This document shows, in pieces, positions 9,133-19,512 of a stretch of DNA of 64,000 nucleotides. Numbering within the stretch: the first letter of the stretch is position 1; each line of letters starts with the position of its first letter. The DNA is from Opitutaceae bacterium (GTDB taxonomy: Bacteria > Verrucomicrobiota > Verrucomicrobiia > Opitutales > Coraliomargaritaceae), in NCBI GenBank assembly GCA_051252375.1, contig JBPOFY010000007.1, positions 64,001-128,000 of the forward strand, read 5' to 3'. The position numbers and the translations under genes were made by a program. Below the pieces are notes generated by a model that saw nothing but the letters and a program-made list of their open reading frames with translations, had not been told where the DNA came from and searched no databases.

Positions 9133-10641
9133 ATGATAACAACCACATTTTTTAGGAGTTTAGCAATCATCTCTGCCCTTTGGGCCACGGCCTTATGGGG
9201 TGCGGAGAAACCAAATGTCATTATCGTGATGACTGATGATCAGGGCTATCCAGTCGTGGGGGCGCATGGCCACCCGTGGATAAACACGCCACATCTGGAC
9301 CAGATGCACGATCAGTCGATCCGTTTTGATCGCTTCATGATGGGCTCTACCTGTGCACCGAGTCGGGCGGGAATCATGGCTGGAGTGCATTCCATTCGTA
9401 ATGGTGTCACGCATACCATTTACGAGCGTGAGCGGCTCAACTTGGAGGCGGTCACGATACCCGAAGTGCTCAAGCCAGCTGGTTACACTTCGGGCTACTT
9501 TGGTAAATGGCACCTTGGTGATGAAAATCCGTATCAACCGGAGAACCGCGGCTTTGATGAAACTTTCATCCACGGTGCGGGTGGCATCGGGCAGGCATAC
9601 AAAGGCTCCTGTGCAGATGTGCCTGGCAACAAATACTTTGATCCTGTGTTCAAGCACAACGGCACCTTCGTAAAGACCGAGGGCTACTGCACGGATATTT
9701 TGTTTAAAGCGACCCTAGGCTGGATCCAATCGGTTAAGGATTCCGACCAACCGTTCTTCGCCTTCCTGTCAACCAACGCTCCTCACAGCCCTTTCATCGC
9801 ACCGCCGGAATATCAAAAGCACTACCAAGATCTTGGGTTTAACAAAAATGCTGCAGGCTTTTACGGGATGATCGAACACATCGACTTCAACATGGGCTTA
9901 ATGTTCGAACAGTTGGACGCGTGGGGTCTGCTGGAGAATACGATCGTCATTTTCACCTCCGACAATGGCATGACAACGAGTGGTTGCGGTCTGAAGGGAA
10001 AGGCGGGGCGCCCACATGTGAAGCTCGGCACGGATAAACAAGGGAATGCGATGATGTCCTACAACGCAGGAATGAAAGGGCTCAAAGGCACGGTGAATGA
10101 AGGCGGCGTGCGGGTGCCTTTCTTTGTGCGCTGGGACGGAAAAATCAAAGAGGGGCGCACAGTGGATACAGTCGTCAACTATTTGGATATTCTTCCGACC
10201 TTGGCTGATCTTGGTGGAGCGGAGCTTCCAAGCACACAAGTATTCGAAGGTAGGAGTTTGCTGCCCCTATTGTTCGAGCAAGATCCTGAATGGGAGGATC
10301 GGTTTCAGTTTCAACACGTGACCCGCTGGAATTTAGGAGCCGAGCCGGACAACTTCAAGTGGAAGAGTTACTCGGTTCGTAACCAGCGCTTCAGGCTAGT
10401 CGAGGGGGTGCTCTACGATATGGAGCATGATCCCGAGCAGACGAAGGATGTTACAGCAGAATACCCAGAAGTCCTATCAGAGATGAAGAAAGCTTACGAA
10501 AAATTCTGGGATGAAGCACGGCCACTGATGATTAACGACGGTGTGCCTCTGGCGAAGGAGAAACCTTTCCACGTCGATTATAACAATCAGAAAGGAACCA
10601 CTGGGATTCCGATGTGGAATGAGCCCAGCCTAAAAAATTAG
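9133..10641 (+). CDS. Sulfatase, family S1
   Basis: Start moved to ATG 9133 (signal peptide MITTTFFRSLAII...). PNVIIVMTDDQG, CAPSR, GKWHLG, NAPHSP, TSDNG, KGTVNEGGVRVP. Confidence 0.93.
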   Translation: MITTTFFRSLAIISALWATALWGAEKPNVIIVMTDDQGYPVVGAHGHPWINTPHLDQMHDQSIRFDRFMMGSTCAPSRAGIMAGVHSIRNGVTHTIYERERLNLEAVTIPEVLKPAGYTSGYFGKWHLGDENPYQPENRGFDETFIHGAGGIGQAYKGSCADVPGNKYFDPVFKHNGTFVKTEGYCTDILFKATLGWIQSVKDSDQPFFAFLSTNAPHSPFIAPPEYQKHYQDLGFNKNAAGFYGMIEHIDFNMGLMFEQLDAWGLLENTIVIFTSDNGMTTSGCGLKGKAGRPHVKLGTDKQGNAMMSYNAGMKGLKGTVNEGGVRVPFFVRWDGKIKEGRTVDTVVNYLDILPTLADLGGAELPSTQVFEGRSLLPLLFEQDPEWEDRFQFQHVTRWNLGAEPDNFKWKSYSVRNQRFRLVEGVLYDMEHDPEQTKDVTAEYPEVLSEMKKAYEKFWDEARPLMINDGVPLAKEKPFHVDYNNQKGTTGIPMWNEPSLKN

Positions 10642-10679
10642 TATGTCTTGAGCTCCCAACTGAATACACAAAACACAGA

Positions 10680-12584
10680 ATGGGCAAAGCAACCAAACTA
10701 ACCCGAATAGCCGTTGGCCTGCTTGCCATGAGCCATTATGCTTCTGCGCTCGAGCTACATGTCGCGGTGAATGGCAATGATAGTAACGCTGGCACCGAGG
10801 CATCGCCGCTTGCGACGATCACCGCAGCAAGAGATGCACTCAGGAGCTCAGGGAAACTAGGCGCAGAAGAATGCACTGTCATAGTGGGAGAGGGCGTCTA
10901 TCGCCTGAGTGCCCCGATCACCTTTACGCCCGCAGACAGTGGCAGCGAGCAAACACCCGTGGTCTATCGTGCGGCGGAAGGCGCCAGTGTGACGATCACG
11001 GGAGCGCAGGAAATTACATCGGCATGGAAGCTTTGGAAAGACGGCATCTATCGGACGCAGGTCGGAGAGGTGGATGCAGTGGATCAGCTCTTTGTGAATC
11101 AAAGTCGTCAGATTCTTGCCCGTTATCCGGATATAAACGCAGGCTATATCCAAAAGCTGGATCTACACAAAAATAAGCGCGGCAAGATGGCGGGCAACGT
11201 GCCGTATGATGGTTGTGCGGAGGCCGCAGAAAAGCCTAATGTGCTGTTTATCATCGCCGATGATTTAGGTGCTCGCCTAGCGAGTAATGGCGATCCAGTC
11301 GCGGTGACGCCGCACCTAGATCAGTTGGCAGAGAGAGGCGTGACTTTTCTCAATACATTCTGCCAGTTCCCCACCTGTGGTCCTAGCCGCGCTTCGATAA
11401 TGTCGGGGCTGTATCCGTTTGAGAATGGCTATGCCAGAAATTCAAACCTTACATACAATCAAGCAGTGCCTCGTGTCGTTTCACTGCCAGCCTTATTTCG
11501 AGAGAACGGCTATTTTACCGCACGTGTGGGTAAGATTTTCCACATGAGTGTGCCGGGCGGCCTTGGAGAAAAAGGTGGTGACGATGATCATGCTTGGGAT
11601 GTTGCGGTGAATAATACCGGGTATGAGGCGCTAGATGAAAATTGGCAAAAGGCCACTCACGTAGGAAAATCGGGAAGGTCTGCGACTCGCGTGGTGTATG
11701 ATAATCCCGAAATCGATGATAAGAAAATGGCGGATGGACAGGGGCTCCACGATGCGGTGGAACTGCTGAAAGCGCACAACCCTACGAAAACCGGAAAGCC
11801 GTTCTTCTTGGCCTTTGGCACTTACAGTCCACATCCACCGATGCTCGTTCCCAACAAGCATTGGGAGGCCGTAGATATTTCTAAATATACCATACCCTTT
11901 GTCCCCGAAGGCGATCGCGATGATATCCCTAAAGTGAATTGGCACCTGAAGGGCCCCGGGTATGACTTTATCCCAGACGAACATGGCGTGAATTATAGTC
12001 ATGCTTACTATGCCGCGATTCATTTCGTCGACGACCTCGCCGGCCAGCTCATCGAAGAGTTAGAGAATCAAGGGTTGGCCGATAACACCATTATCATTTT
12101 CACCGGCGATCAAGGATTTCACCTCGGCGAACACGGGCATTGGCACAAGTCCTCCATGTTTGAGCAAGCTACCCGAGTGCCGCTGATCGTGGTCGATCCA
12201 CGGCAAAAGGAAAAAGGTAAGATCGCCACGAATCTAAGTGGCTTGATTGATCTCTATCCCACGCTTTGCGAATTGGCCGATATTGAGCCACCGCATGCAT
12301 TGTCGGGGCAGAGTTTGGTGCCGCAACTCAATGATGTCACTGCGTCTGGTAAAGCGTATGAGTTCACCATGGGGTCTGGGAAACCGGACGGATACGGAAT
12401 CCGCAGCGAGCGGTTCCGCTATACCGAGTGGAGAAAGCCTAAGGGCCCAGCTCAATTCTCAATGCTCTACGATTTAGAGAAGGATCCAAATGAGTTTAAC
12501 AACCTGATCGATGATCCCGAGTATGCACAGATCCAGAAGGAATTAAGTGAGGTGCTAAGTGCTGCCATTACGCAACGGAAATAG
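10680..12584 (+). CDS. Chimeric protein: GH141-like N-terminal fragment fused in frame to an S1 sulfatase (iduronate/choline sulfatase-like)
   Basis: aa ~24-180 match the N-terminus of 15028..17592. It then continues EAAEKPNVLFIIADDL, CGPSR, GKIFH, SPHPP, GDQGFHLGEHGHWHK. Confidence 0.88.
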   Translation: MGKATKLTRIAVGLLAMSHYASALELHVAVNGNDSNAGTEASPLATITAARDALRSSGKLGAEECTVIVGEGVYRLSAPITFTPADSGSEQTPVVYRAAEGASVTITGAQEITSAWKLWKDGIYRTQVGEVDAVDQLFVNQSRQILARYPDINAGYIQKLDLHKNKRGKMAGNVPYDGCAEAAEKPNVLFIIADDLGARLASNGDPVAVTPHLDQLAERGVTFLNTFCQFPTCGPSRASIMSGLYPFENGYARNSNLTYNQAVPRVVSLPALFRENGYFTARVGKIFHMSVPGGLGEKGGDDDHAWDVAVNNTGYEALDENWQKATHVGKSGRSATRVVYDNPEIDDKKMADGQGLHDAVELLKAHNPTKTGKPFFLAFGTYSPHPPMLVPNKHWEAVDISKYTIPFVPEGDRDDIPKVNWHLKGPGYDFIPDEHGVNYSHAYYAAIHFVDDLAGQLIEELENQGLADNTIIIFTGDQGFHLGEHGHWHKSSMFEQATRVPLIVVDPRQKEKGKIATNLSGLIDLYPTLCELADIEPPHALSGQSLVPQLNDVTASGKAYEFTMGSGKPDGYGIRSERFRYTEWRKPKGPAQFSMLYDLEKDPNEFNNLIDDPEYAQIQKELSEVLSAAITQRK

Positions 12585-12613
12585 AACGAGATCTAAACAG
12601 ATAATAGCGACGT

Positions 12614-14119
12614 ATGATAATAAATAAAACAGTTACTACAGCCTTAGTATTCGTGGCGGGAGTATTGTCGTTGCAGGCCAAGCCGGCGCGTTCAGATTCA
12701 CCGAACGCAAACGTGCCGCAAGGCAGTTCAAAAACGGATATCGAGTCGGCGCTCTTCAATTTAAACCTCCACCACCAGCAACCAGATTCCGCCAACGAAT
12801 TGTATCGAGCTGCTTGGGAGATACTCTCTGCGAACCAGGGGGCGACTTACTCCGATCTCATGCAGGACGAGGCCTTTCAAGCGCTTTGTGCCGCAAATGG
12901 TATGGACGCTTTGGGCGGGCCGATGCTGGGCAATGTGACCGCAGAGGGCGCGAAGGTTTGGATTCGCACGTTGCAGCCAGCCAAAGTGGAAGTGCAGGTG
13001 AAGGTCGGCAATCAGACTAAGGTCTATGGGCCAGTGCAAAGCACGGCTGCGTCAGACCTGACCGCGATTGTAACCGTCGATGGGCTGAAGCCTGACACGA
13101 GCTATCCCTACAGTGTTTTGGTCGACGGCAAGCCAATTTCAATTCCGAAACATGCAGCAATCACCACAGCTCCGAAGGAGGGCTCGAAGAGCCCTGTGCG
13201 GATTACCTTCGGCAGTTGTTTACACCGCTGGGGATTCGGTAACCAGATGCAGTCGGATATGATTCGCAGCCGCAAGCCGACAGCGATGCTGCTGTTGGGC
13301 GACATTGCCGCTCAAGACAGAGAGAACCATCTCGGATTGCACCGTGTGGATTACTTAGCGCGCGATCTACATCCTGCATGGCAGGATCTATCGGCGACCG
13401 TTCCAATGTATGCGACTTGGGATGACCATGACTATTTCGATAATGATAAAGCAGGTGTTTATCGGGATTTTACAGTCAAAGACAAAGAGGCTGTGTGTGA
13501 CGTGTTTCAACAGTCATGGAATAATCCGTCGTATGGGTTCAATGACGAGCGTCGTGGAGTGTTCCTCCGCACACGAATTGGCCCAGCGGATGTGATCATG
13601 GTCGACAACCGTTATTTTAGAGAAAACAAGAAAGGCTCGTTTCTCGGAGATGAGCAAATGCAGTGGCTCGAAGCTCAACTGCTCGACTGCAAAGGTCCGT
13701 TTATCATTCTGTCCTGTGGATCTATGTGGAGCGATTACGTTTCAGCCGGCAAAGACTCTTGGGGGAAATTCGACCCCGAGGGACGTGAGCGCATCTTTCA
13801 GCTAATTGAGAGAAACAAGATTCCCGGTGTGATTTTGATTTCTGGTGATCGTCATGGTGCCCGTGGTTTTACAATTCCCCGTCCGTCGGGGTTCGAGTTC
13901 TACGAGTTCGAAGCCGCGAGTCTCGGCGGCAGATGTGGTCCACCGACACAACACCCGAGCTGGAAGACTCAGCTCTATGGGATTTGTGATCAATATGCAT
14001 TTGGCGAACTCTCGATCGATGCAGACCTAGAAGACCCTGAAGTGACGTTTAGGCTCGTTGAAGATCTTGGCACTGTAATTTACGAAAAGACACTGACGCG
14101 TAGTCAATTGACGCCGTAG
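12614..14119 (+). CDS. phoD: Alkaline phosphatase D (PhoD)-family metallophosphoesterase, secreted
   Basis: GPMLG..T...AKVWIRT N-domain, FGSC, LLLGD, ATWDDHDY, DNRYFR, LGDEQMQWLE, ISGDRH. Confidence 0.85.
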   Translation: MIINKTVTTALVFVAGVLSLQAKPARSDSPNANVPQGSSKTDIESALFNLNLHHQQPDSANELYRAAWEILSANQGATYSDLMQDEAFQALCAANGMDALGGPMLGNVTAEGAKVWIRTLQPAKVEVQVKVGNQTKVYGPVQSTAASDLTAIVTVDGLKPDTSYPYSVLVDGKPISIPKHAAITTAPKEGSKSPVRITFGSCLHRWGFGNQMQSDMIRSRKPTAMLLLGDIAAQDRENHLGLHRVDYLARDLHPAWQDLSATVPMYATWDDHDYFDNDKAGVYRDFTVKDKEAVCDVFQQSWNNPSYGFNDERRGVFLRTRIGPADVIMVDNRYFRENKKGSFLGDEQMQWLEAQLLDCKGPFIILSCGSMWSDYVSAGKDSWGKFDPEGRERIFQLIERNKIPGVILISGDRHGARGFTIPRPSGFEFYEFEAASLGGRCGPPTQHPSWKTQLYGICDQYAFGELSIDADLEDPEVTFRLVEDLGTVIYEKTLTRSQLTP

Positions 14120-14145
14120 CCACTAAGAGAACAAGACTGATCATT

Positions 14146-14931
14146 ATGTTGAAAAAAGAAATTTGTATTCTACTGACCGTTGCCAGTGTGCTGCTGGGCG
14201 CGAGTGTTGCCGAAGCAGGGCTAAAGATTTACTACATTCGCCATGCAGAAGGAGGGCACAATGTAAAGAAAGCCTGGGAAGCAAAAGATATCCCGAAGTC
14301 TGAATGGCCTGCTTATGTAGGCGATCCAAATGCATTTACACCTAAAGGGAAAACACAGGTAGTCAGCGCCACGGAGAAACTTCAGCAGTATGATTTCGAT
14401 TTTGTGGCGACTAGCCCAATGTGGAGAGTCCATAATACGATTGCTCCGTTTCTGATAGTGACCAACCAACAGGCTGAGGTATGGCCTGAGTTGAGGGAGG
14501 GGAAGGGGATGGTTACGATCCTTTCGGATGACATTCCTGAAGTGAAAGAAGACATCTTAAACAAGGGCGATGCCATTGTGGTGACGGACGAAGAGGCTGC
14601 CTATTTAAGGATTCGCCCAGGTGCAGAGAATAACTACTCAAGATATCCCAAGGGCAGCAGCGATAACGAGGAGGTCGCGTATATGAAGCACGTCTCTCTA
14701 CATGCGATCGATTTGATCAAGGAACGTTTCGGTGGATCCGAAAAATCGATCCTTCTGGCAGGACATAATAGCGCGGGAGTTTCGCTATTGAAGTTACTAC
14801 TCCAAGAGGAACCTGAAAACAAAAGAGGATTGGTAAATACCGGAATCTGGATGGTCGAAGAACAACCCGATGGTTCGTTTGAACTGAAAATGTATAATGA
14901 TGAGCTGGTCGAAAGCGATTCAATGCTTTGA
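14146..14931 (+). CDS. Histidine phosphatase superfamily (phosphoglycerate mutase-like) protein, secreted
   Basis: Signal peptide; YYIRHAEG, TSPMWR..NT, PELRE, LLAGHN motifs. Confidence 0.82.
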   Translation: MLKKEICILLTVASVLLGASVAEAGLKIYYIRHAEGGHNVKKAWEAKDIPKSEWPAYVGDPNAFTPKGKTQVVSATEKLQQYDFDFVATSPMWRVHNTIAPFLIVTNQQAEVWPELREGKGMVTILSDDIPEVKEDILNKGDAIVVTDEEAAYLRIRPGAENNYSRYPKGSSDNEEVAYMKHVSLHAIDLIKERFGGSEKSILLAGHNSAGVSLLKLLLQEEPENKRGLVNTGIWMVEEQPDGSFELKMYNDELVESDSML

Positions 14932-15027
14932 TCCCCATAAACACGCGATAGACCACTCAGGTAGGTTTTGGTAGTATGTGAGTTTGTCTCCAATAGTCTG
15001 CTTGGGAGAAGAACTAGGACCTGATTT

Positions 15028-17592
15028 ATGAATATCACAAACTCACTCTTCGCGCTCGCTTTGCTGGCTATGAGCACTTCAGCCTCTGCGTTGGAGATTC
15101 ATGTTGCGGTGAATGGCAATGATGCGAACCCCGGCACCCATACATCTCCCTTGGCGACAATCACCGCAGCGAGAGATGCCCTGCGTATTTCTGGAAAGCT
15201 TGGCGAAAAATCTTGCACCGTTGTGATGGGAGAGGGGGTCTATCGCCTGAGTGCTCCGATTACTTTTACGCCCACAGACAGTGGCAGTGAGGAGGCGCCC
15301 GTGGTCTATCGTGCGGCTGAAGGCGCAAGAGTGACGTTCACGGGAGCGCAGGAGATCACGACAGGATGGAAGCCGTGGAAGGATGGGATTTATCGGACTC
15401 AAATTGGTGATATGGATGCAGTGGATCAGCTGTTTGTAAACCAAAGCCGCCAGATCCTTTCTCGTTATCCAGATATAGGTGCGGGCTATATCAAAAAGCT
15501 CGATCTCGGCAAAAAGGCGCGCGGTAAAATGGCTGGGAATGTGCCTTACGATGGTTGTGCGGATGATGCTTGGGATGTAAGTAAATCGAAAGGTTGGGCG
15601 GATCCTTCTGGGGCGTTTATGCACGGTATGCACGGCGGGCTTTGGGGAAGCCAACATTACAAAGTCACAGGTAAGAAGGCTGATGGTTCCCTTGCCTATA
15701 CAGGTGGTTGGCAGAATAATCGGGCCAGACCGCCTCACCCGACGTATCACATGATCGAGAATGTCTTTGAGGAGTTGGACTCAGCGGGAGAATGGTATCA
15801 CGACACCAAGGGTGGTTGGCTCTATTACAAGCCTGCGAAGGGTGTCGATATGGTCACGGCGAAGCTTGAAGCGGTCTTACAAATTAGGCATCTGATCGAT
15901 TTTTACGGCAGCCATAAAACACCAGTCGCCACCATGGATATCCGCGATGCGGGTAACGGCCTCAAGAGCACGATTGTGAAAACGTATGAGACCACCAAAC
16001 CCGTGCAGCACATTAAGATCGAGGGCATTCGCTTCACCGGAACAGCGCGCACCTTTATGGATACGATTGAACCGCTCTTGCGCAGTGACTGGTCGATCTA
16101 CCGTGGCGGTGCGATTCACCTGCGCGGCACGGAAAACATCTCTATCGAAAACTGTCTGTTCGAGGAAGTCGGCGGTAATGCGGTCTTCGTCGATCACTAC
16201 AATCGTGGTGCGGTGATCCGCAGCAATCAATTCCGCAGGAACGGCGCCTCCGATGTCGTCTTTGCCGGATCGTTTGCCGCAGTGCGTGATCCAGAGTTCA
16301 GCTATGGTGCGGCGATCGCATCCGTCGATGAGATGGACAGTGTAGTCGGTCCGAAGAGTGATGAATATCCCGCCGACTGCCTCGTCGAAGATAATCTGAT
16401 GACCTTCTGCGGTCGTGTAGAAAAACAAGTAGCCGGGGTAAATCTCTCGATGTCCTCACGGATTACTATTCGTCATAATACGATCAGTCACACCCCGCGC
16501 GCGGCGATCAATGTTTGCGATGGCACATGGGGTGGTCACTTGATCGAGTGGAATGATTGCTTTGAAACCGTGCTCGAAACACACGACCACGGCGCTTTTA
16601 ACAGTTGGGGCCGCGACCGCATCTGGCACACGGCAAACCCTGCGGGTCCTGGGCAGCGAGACAAGGACGGTAAGGCGCTGATTAGCTACTACATTGATAA
16701 ATATCCAAACTCACCTCAATGGGATGCGTATCAGACCACGATCATTCGTAATAACCGTATGCAGTGCGATCATGGCTGGGATATCGACCTCGACGATGGC
16801 AGCACCAACTACGAGATTTATGATAACCTCTGCCTGAGCGGCGGACTTAAGACACGAGAAGGCTACAACCGCATCGTGACGAACAATGTCGTGATGGGCG
16901 GTTACACCTGTAACGTTCCTTATCCCAAGCCTACTCATGATGTGTTTGAGCGTAATATCGTTGCGGGGCTTCCGATCTATAAATCATCCAACCCTCGTCT
17001 ATGGGGTGGGGTGCGCGATTATACCTTCGTCCATAATCCGACCGCGACTCAGACCGAGCCCGCAGTCGCCCTTCAAAAGCAAACGCTAGATGATGCGCAT
17101 AGTCTTTACGGCAATGCGAAGTTCATTGCTCCTGAGAAGGGTGACTTCACGGTGGCGCCGGATTCACCTGCTTTGAAAATTGGGTTCAAGAATATCCCGA
17201 TGTCAGGATTCGGCGTGACGTCGGAAGCCCTGAAGTCGCAAGCTGGAACACCTCCGCTCCGTATGCCAGATCGCTACGCTACTAATGAGTTTAAAGCGGA
17301 GAAGGCAGTTAAGGTCCTGGGAGCCAATGTGCGCTCTTTGAATAGCTTGGCAGACATAAGTGCCACAGGCATGAACGATAGCAATGGAGCCTATTTGGTG
17401 GATGTGCCTGCTGATAGTCAGCTTGCGAAATACGGTTTTCGTAGTGGGGATGTCGTCCTGTTCGTAAACGGAAAAATCGTGCCAAATGCCGTTGAGTTCG
17501 TCAAAGTGGCAATGCGTTTGCCTAAAGGAGTAAACCGTGTGCAAATCTGGCGCAATCAAGCCGCGGAAACGGTGAAATTCCAGAAAGAATAA
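15028..17592 (+). CDS. Right-handed beta-helix glycoside hydrolase (GH141-like) with C-terminal PDZ domain
   Basis: Paralog of 5152..7533: IENVFEELDSAGEWY, LLRSDWSIYRGGA, HDHGAFNSWGRDR, CDHGWDIDLDDGS; PDZ-like tail GFRSGDVVLFVNG..IWRNQ. Confidence 0.78.
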   Translation: MNITNSLFALALLAMSTSASALEIHVAVNGNDANPGTHTSPLATITAARDALRISGKLGEKSCTVVMGEGVYRLSAPITFTPTDSGSEEAPVVYRAAEGARVTFTGAQEITTGWKPWKDGIYRTQIGDMDAVDQLFVNQSRQILSRYPDIGAGYIKKLDLGKKARGKMAGNVPYDGCADDAWDVSKSKGWADPSGAFMHGMHGGLWGSQHYKVTGKKADGSLAYTGGWQNNRARPPHPTYHMIENVFEELDSAGEWYHDTKGGWLYYKPAKGVDMVTAKLEAVLQIRHLIDFYGSHKTPVATMDIRDAGNGLKSTIVKTYETTKPVQHIKIEGIRFTGTARTFMDTIEPLLRSDWSIYRGGAIHLRGTENISIENCLFEEVGGNAVFVDHYNRGAVIRSNQFRRNGASDVVFAGSFAAVRDPEFSYGAAIASVDEMDSVVGPKSDEYPADCLVEDNLMTFCGRVEKQVAGVNLSMSSRITIRHNTISHTPRAAINVCDGTWGGHLIEWNDCFETVLETHDHGAFNSWGRDRIWHTANPAGPGQRDKDGKALISYYIDKYPNSPQWDAYQTTIIRNNRMQCDHGWDIDLDDGSTNYEIYDNLCLSGGLKTREGYNRIVTNNVVMGGYTCNVPYPKPTHDVFERNIVAGLPIYKSSNPRLWGGVRDYTFVHNPTATQTEPAVALQKQTLDDAHSLYGNAKFIAPEKGDFTVAPDSPALKIGFKNIPMSGFGVTSEALKSQAGTPPLRMPDRYATNEFKAEKAVKVLGANVRSLNSLADISATGMNDSNGAYLVDVPADSQLAKYGFRSGDVVLFVNGKIVPNAVEFVKVAMRLPKGVNRVQIWRNQAAETVKFQKE

Positions 17593-17651
17593 CATCAGAT
17601 GTGTCTGAAAAAGATAAATAAGATTTTACGAACCTAGAGAATATAAAAAGT

Positions 17652-19499
17652 ATGATGAAAAAATATATTATAATTGGATTACTCCCCCTAATATTAGGGT
17701 TAAAGGTAAATGCGAGTCCTGTAGATGTGAGTTCTCCAAATGGTGAAATTACAGCATCGTTCGAATTGAAAAACAGTGTTCTGCTTTACTCTATTTCGAA
17801 GAATGACACTCCTGTCGTGGGTGCCTCTAAGTTGGAAATAGTCGCGGGCGCGAAGATGATGCAGGTAGATCAATCGGTTCGTGAGAACGACACGAGTTGG
17901 GAGCCGACCTGGGGGCAGTTCAGCACGATCCGCGATCACCATAATGAGCTGACGCTCGAATTGACGGCGGGTGACATGCCGGTGACCTTGCTCTGCCGAG
18001 TTTTCGATACGGGTCTCGGTATTCGCTTCGTTCTGCCCGAGGTATCTAAAGGTAAGAAGATTAAATTTTTGAGTGAATTCAAACTGCTCGATCGAGTCGC
18101 AAGCTATGCGGGAACGCATGGACGAGCAGCCGATACGAAAGGGGGCGTGCCCCTAGTGACCGAGCGCAGCGATGGGTTGCATGTCGCGTTCCTCGAGTCA
18201 GATCTCTATTCCGCGAAAGAGTTTTCATTGATGAAAAATCAGTTTGTGCCTGCGGATAATTCGTTTGTTGCTTCGAGCTCAGTCGTTTCAAGTGGATTCG
18301 GACAGTTGACACCTTGGCGCACGATTCTAATTGGAGACAGCGCTGGGGACTTAGTGGTGAACACTGTGACCTTGAATTTGGCCGCACCCTGCCAGATCGA
18401 AGACACGAGTTGGATCCAAACGGGCAAGGGCTTATGGGATTGGCGTGTTCACGGCTACGACAACGGCGACTTTATTTATGGCATCGATACTCGCAGTTAC
18501 CTGCGTTATATCGATTTCTGTGCTGATCAGGGTATCGAATATTTTACGGTGGACGATCACTGGTTCCTGACTGCGAAAGACGGAAAAATGGAGGTCTCGC
18601 CGAAAGTGGACATTGAAAAGGTGATGGCCTACGCAAAAGAAAAGGGCGTTAAGATTATGCTCTATTACGACCGCAAAAAAGGCAATTTCGGCGATGAAAC
18701 GCTCTTTGAGCACTACGCCAAGCTAGGTGCTGCTGGCATGAAATACGGTTTTATGGGGAACAGAGCCGACTTCACTCGGAACGCGATCGAGCAAGCTGCA
18801 AAGCATAAGTTGCTCATCAACTTCCATGACGGTCCGGTGCCGATGGCTGGTGTGGAACGCACCATGCCCAATCTAATTGCCCGTGAATACTGCCACGGTC
18901 AGCAGGACAGTCGCAGTGCCTTTACTCCCGAAACCTTCCTCAAGATGGCTATGGTCAGTGCCTTGTCTGGTCCGCTCGATATGTCCAACGGGAATTTCGG
19001 TATCAATAGTATCAATGCAGGTGAGCGGGAAAAGGGACCGAGAAAGAAAAACAGCTACATCTCAACAGTGACTAGCGAAGTGGCCCGGAATTTAGTGATC
19101 TATACGGGGCTCGTTACTTTGCCCGATGCACCGGAAGAATACTCGAAGAAGCTAGACCTATTTGAGTTCCTGAAACTTATGCCTACGACTTGGGACGACA
19201 CAAAGGTGCTGAACTCGAAAATTGGCAGCTATATTACCACCGCCCGTCGTAGCGGCGATACGTGGTTTGTCGCATCGGTCAACGATCAGAGTGAGCGCAC
19301 CTTGGATGTGGCACTCGATTTCCTTGATTTGAATACAACCTACATGGTCACACTCTATCAGGATGCACCCGATTCACATGGTGTGAAAAATCCGGAGGTC
19401 TACGAAATTATAACGAGAACAGTGAAGCAGGGCGACGTGATCGCAGCCAAGATGGCTGTTGGCGGTGGGCACGCGATGATTCTGAAACCAATCCAATAA
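17652..19499 (+). CDS. GH97-family glycoside hydrolase (divergent)
   Basis: VSSPNG N-domain, W...WG....IRDHHNEL, TPWRTILIG, WIQTGK..WDW, YIDFCA, GPLDMSNG, MPTTWDDTKVL, ARRSGDTWFVAS, GGGHAMILKP. Confidence 0.88.
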   Translation: MMKKYIIIGLLPLILGLKVNASPVDVSSPNGEITASFELKNSVLLYSISKNDTPVVGASKLEIVAGAKMMQVDQSVRENDTSWEPTWGQFSTIRDHHNELTLELTAGDMPVTLLCRVFDTGLGIRFVLPEVSKGKKIKFLSEFKLLDRVASYAGTHGRAADTKGGVPLVTERSDGLHVAFLESDLYSAKEFSLMKNQFVPADNSFVASSSVVSSGFGQLTPWRTILIGDSAGDLVVNTVTLNLAAPCQIEDTSWIQTGKGLWDWRVHGYDNGDFIYGIDTRSYLRYIDFCADQGIEYFTVDDHWFLTAKDGKMEVSPKVDIEKVMAYAKEKGVKIMLYYDRKKGNFGDETLFEHYAKLGAAGMKYGFMGNRADFTRNAIEQAAKHKLLINFHDGPVPMAGVERTMPNLIAREYCHGQQDSRSAFTPETFLKMAMVSALSGPLDMSNGNFGINSINAGEREKGPRKKNSYISTVTSEVARNLVIYTGLVTLPDAPEEYSKKLDLFEFLKLMPTTWDDTKVLNSKIGSYITTARRSGDTWFVASVNDQSERTLDVALDFLDLNTTYMVTLYQDAPDSHGVKNPEVYEIITRTVKQGDVIAAKMAVGGGHAMILKPIQ

Positions 19500-19512
19500 A
19501 GGGGATTTTATT

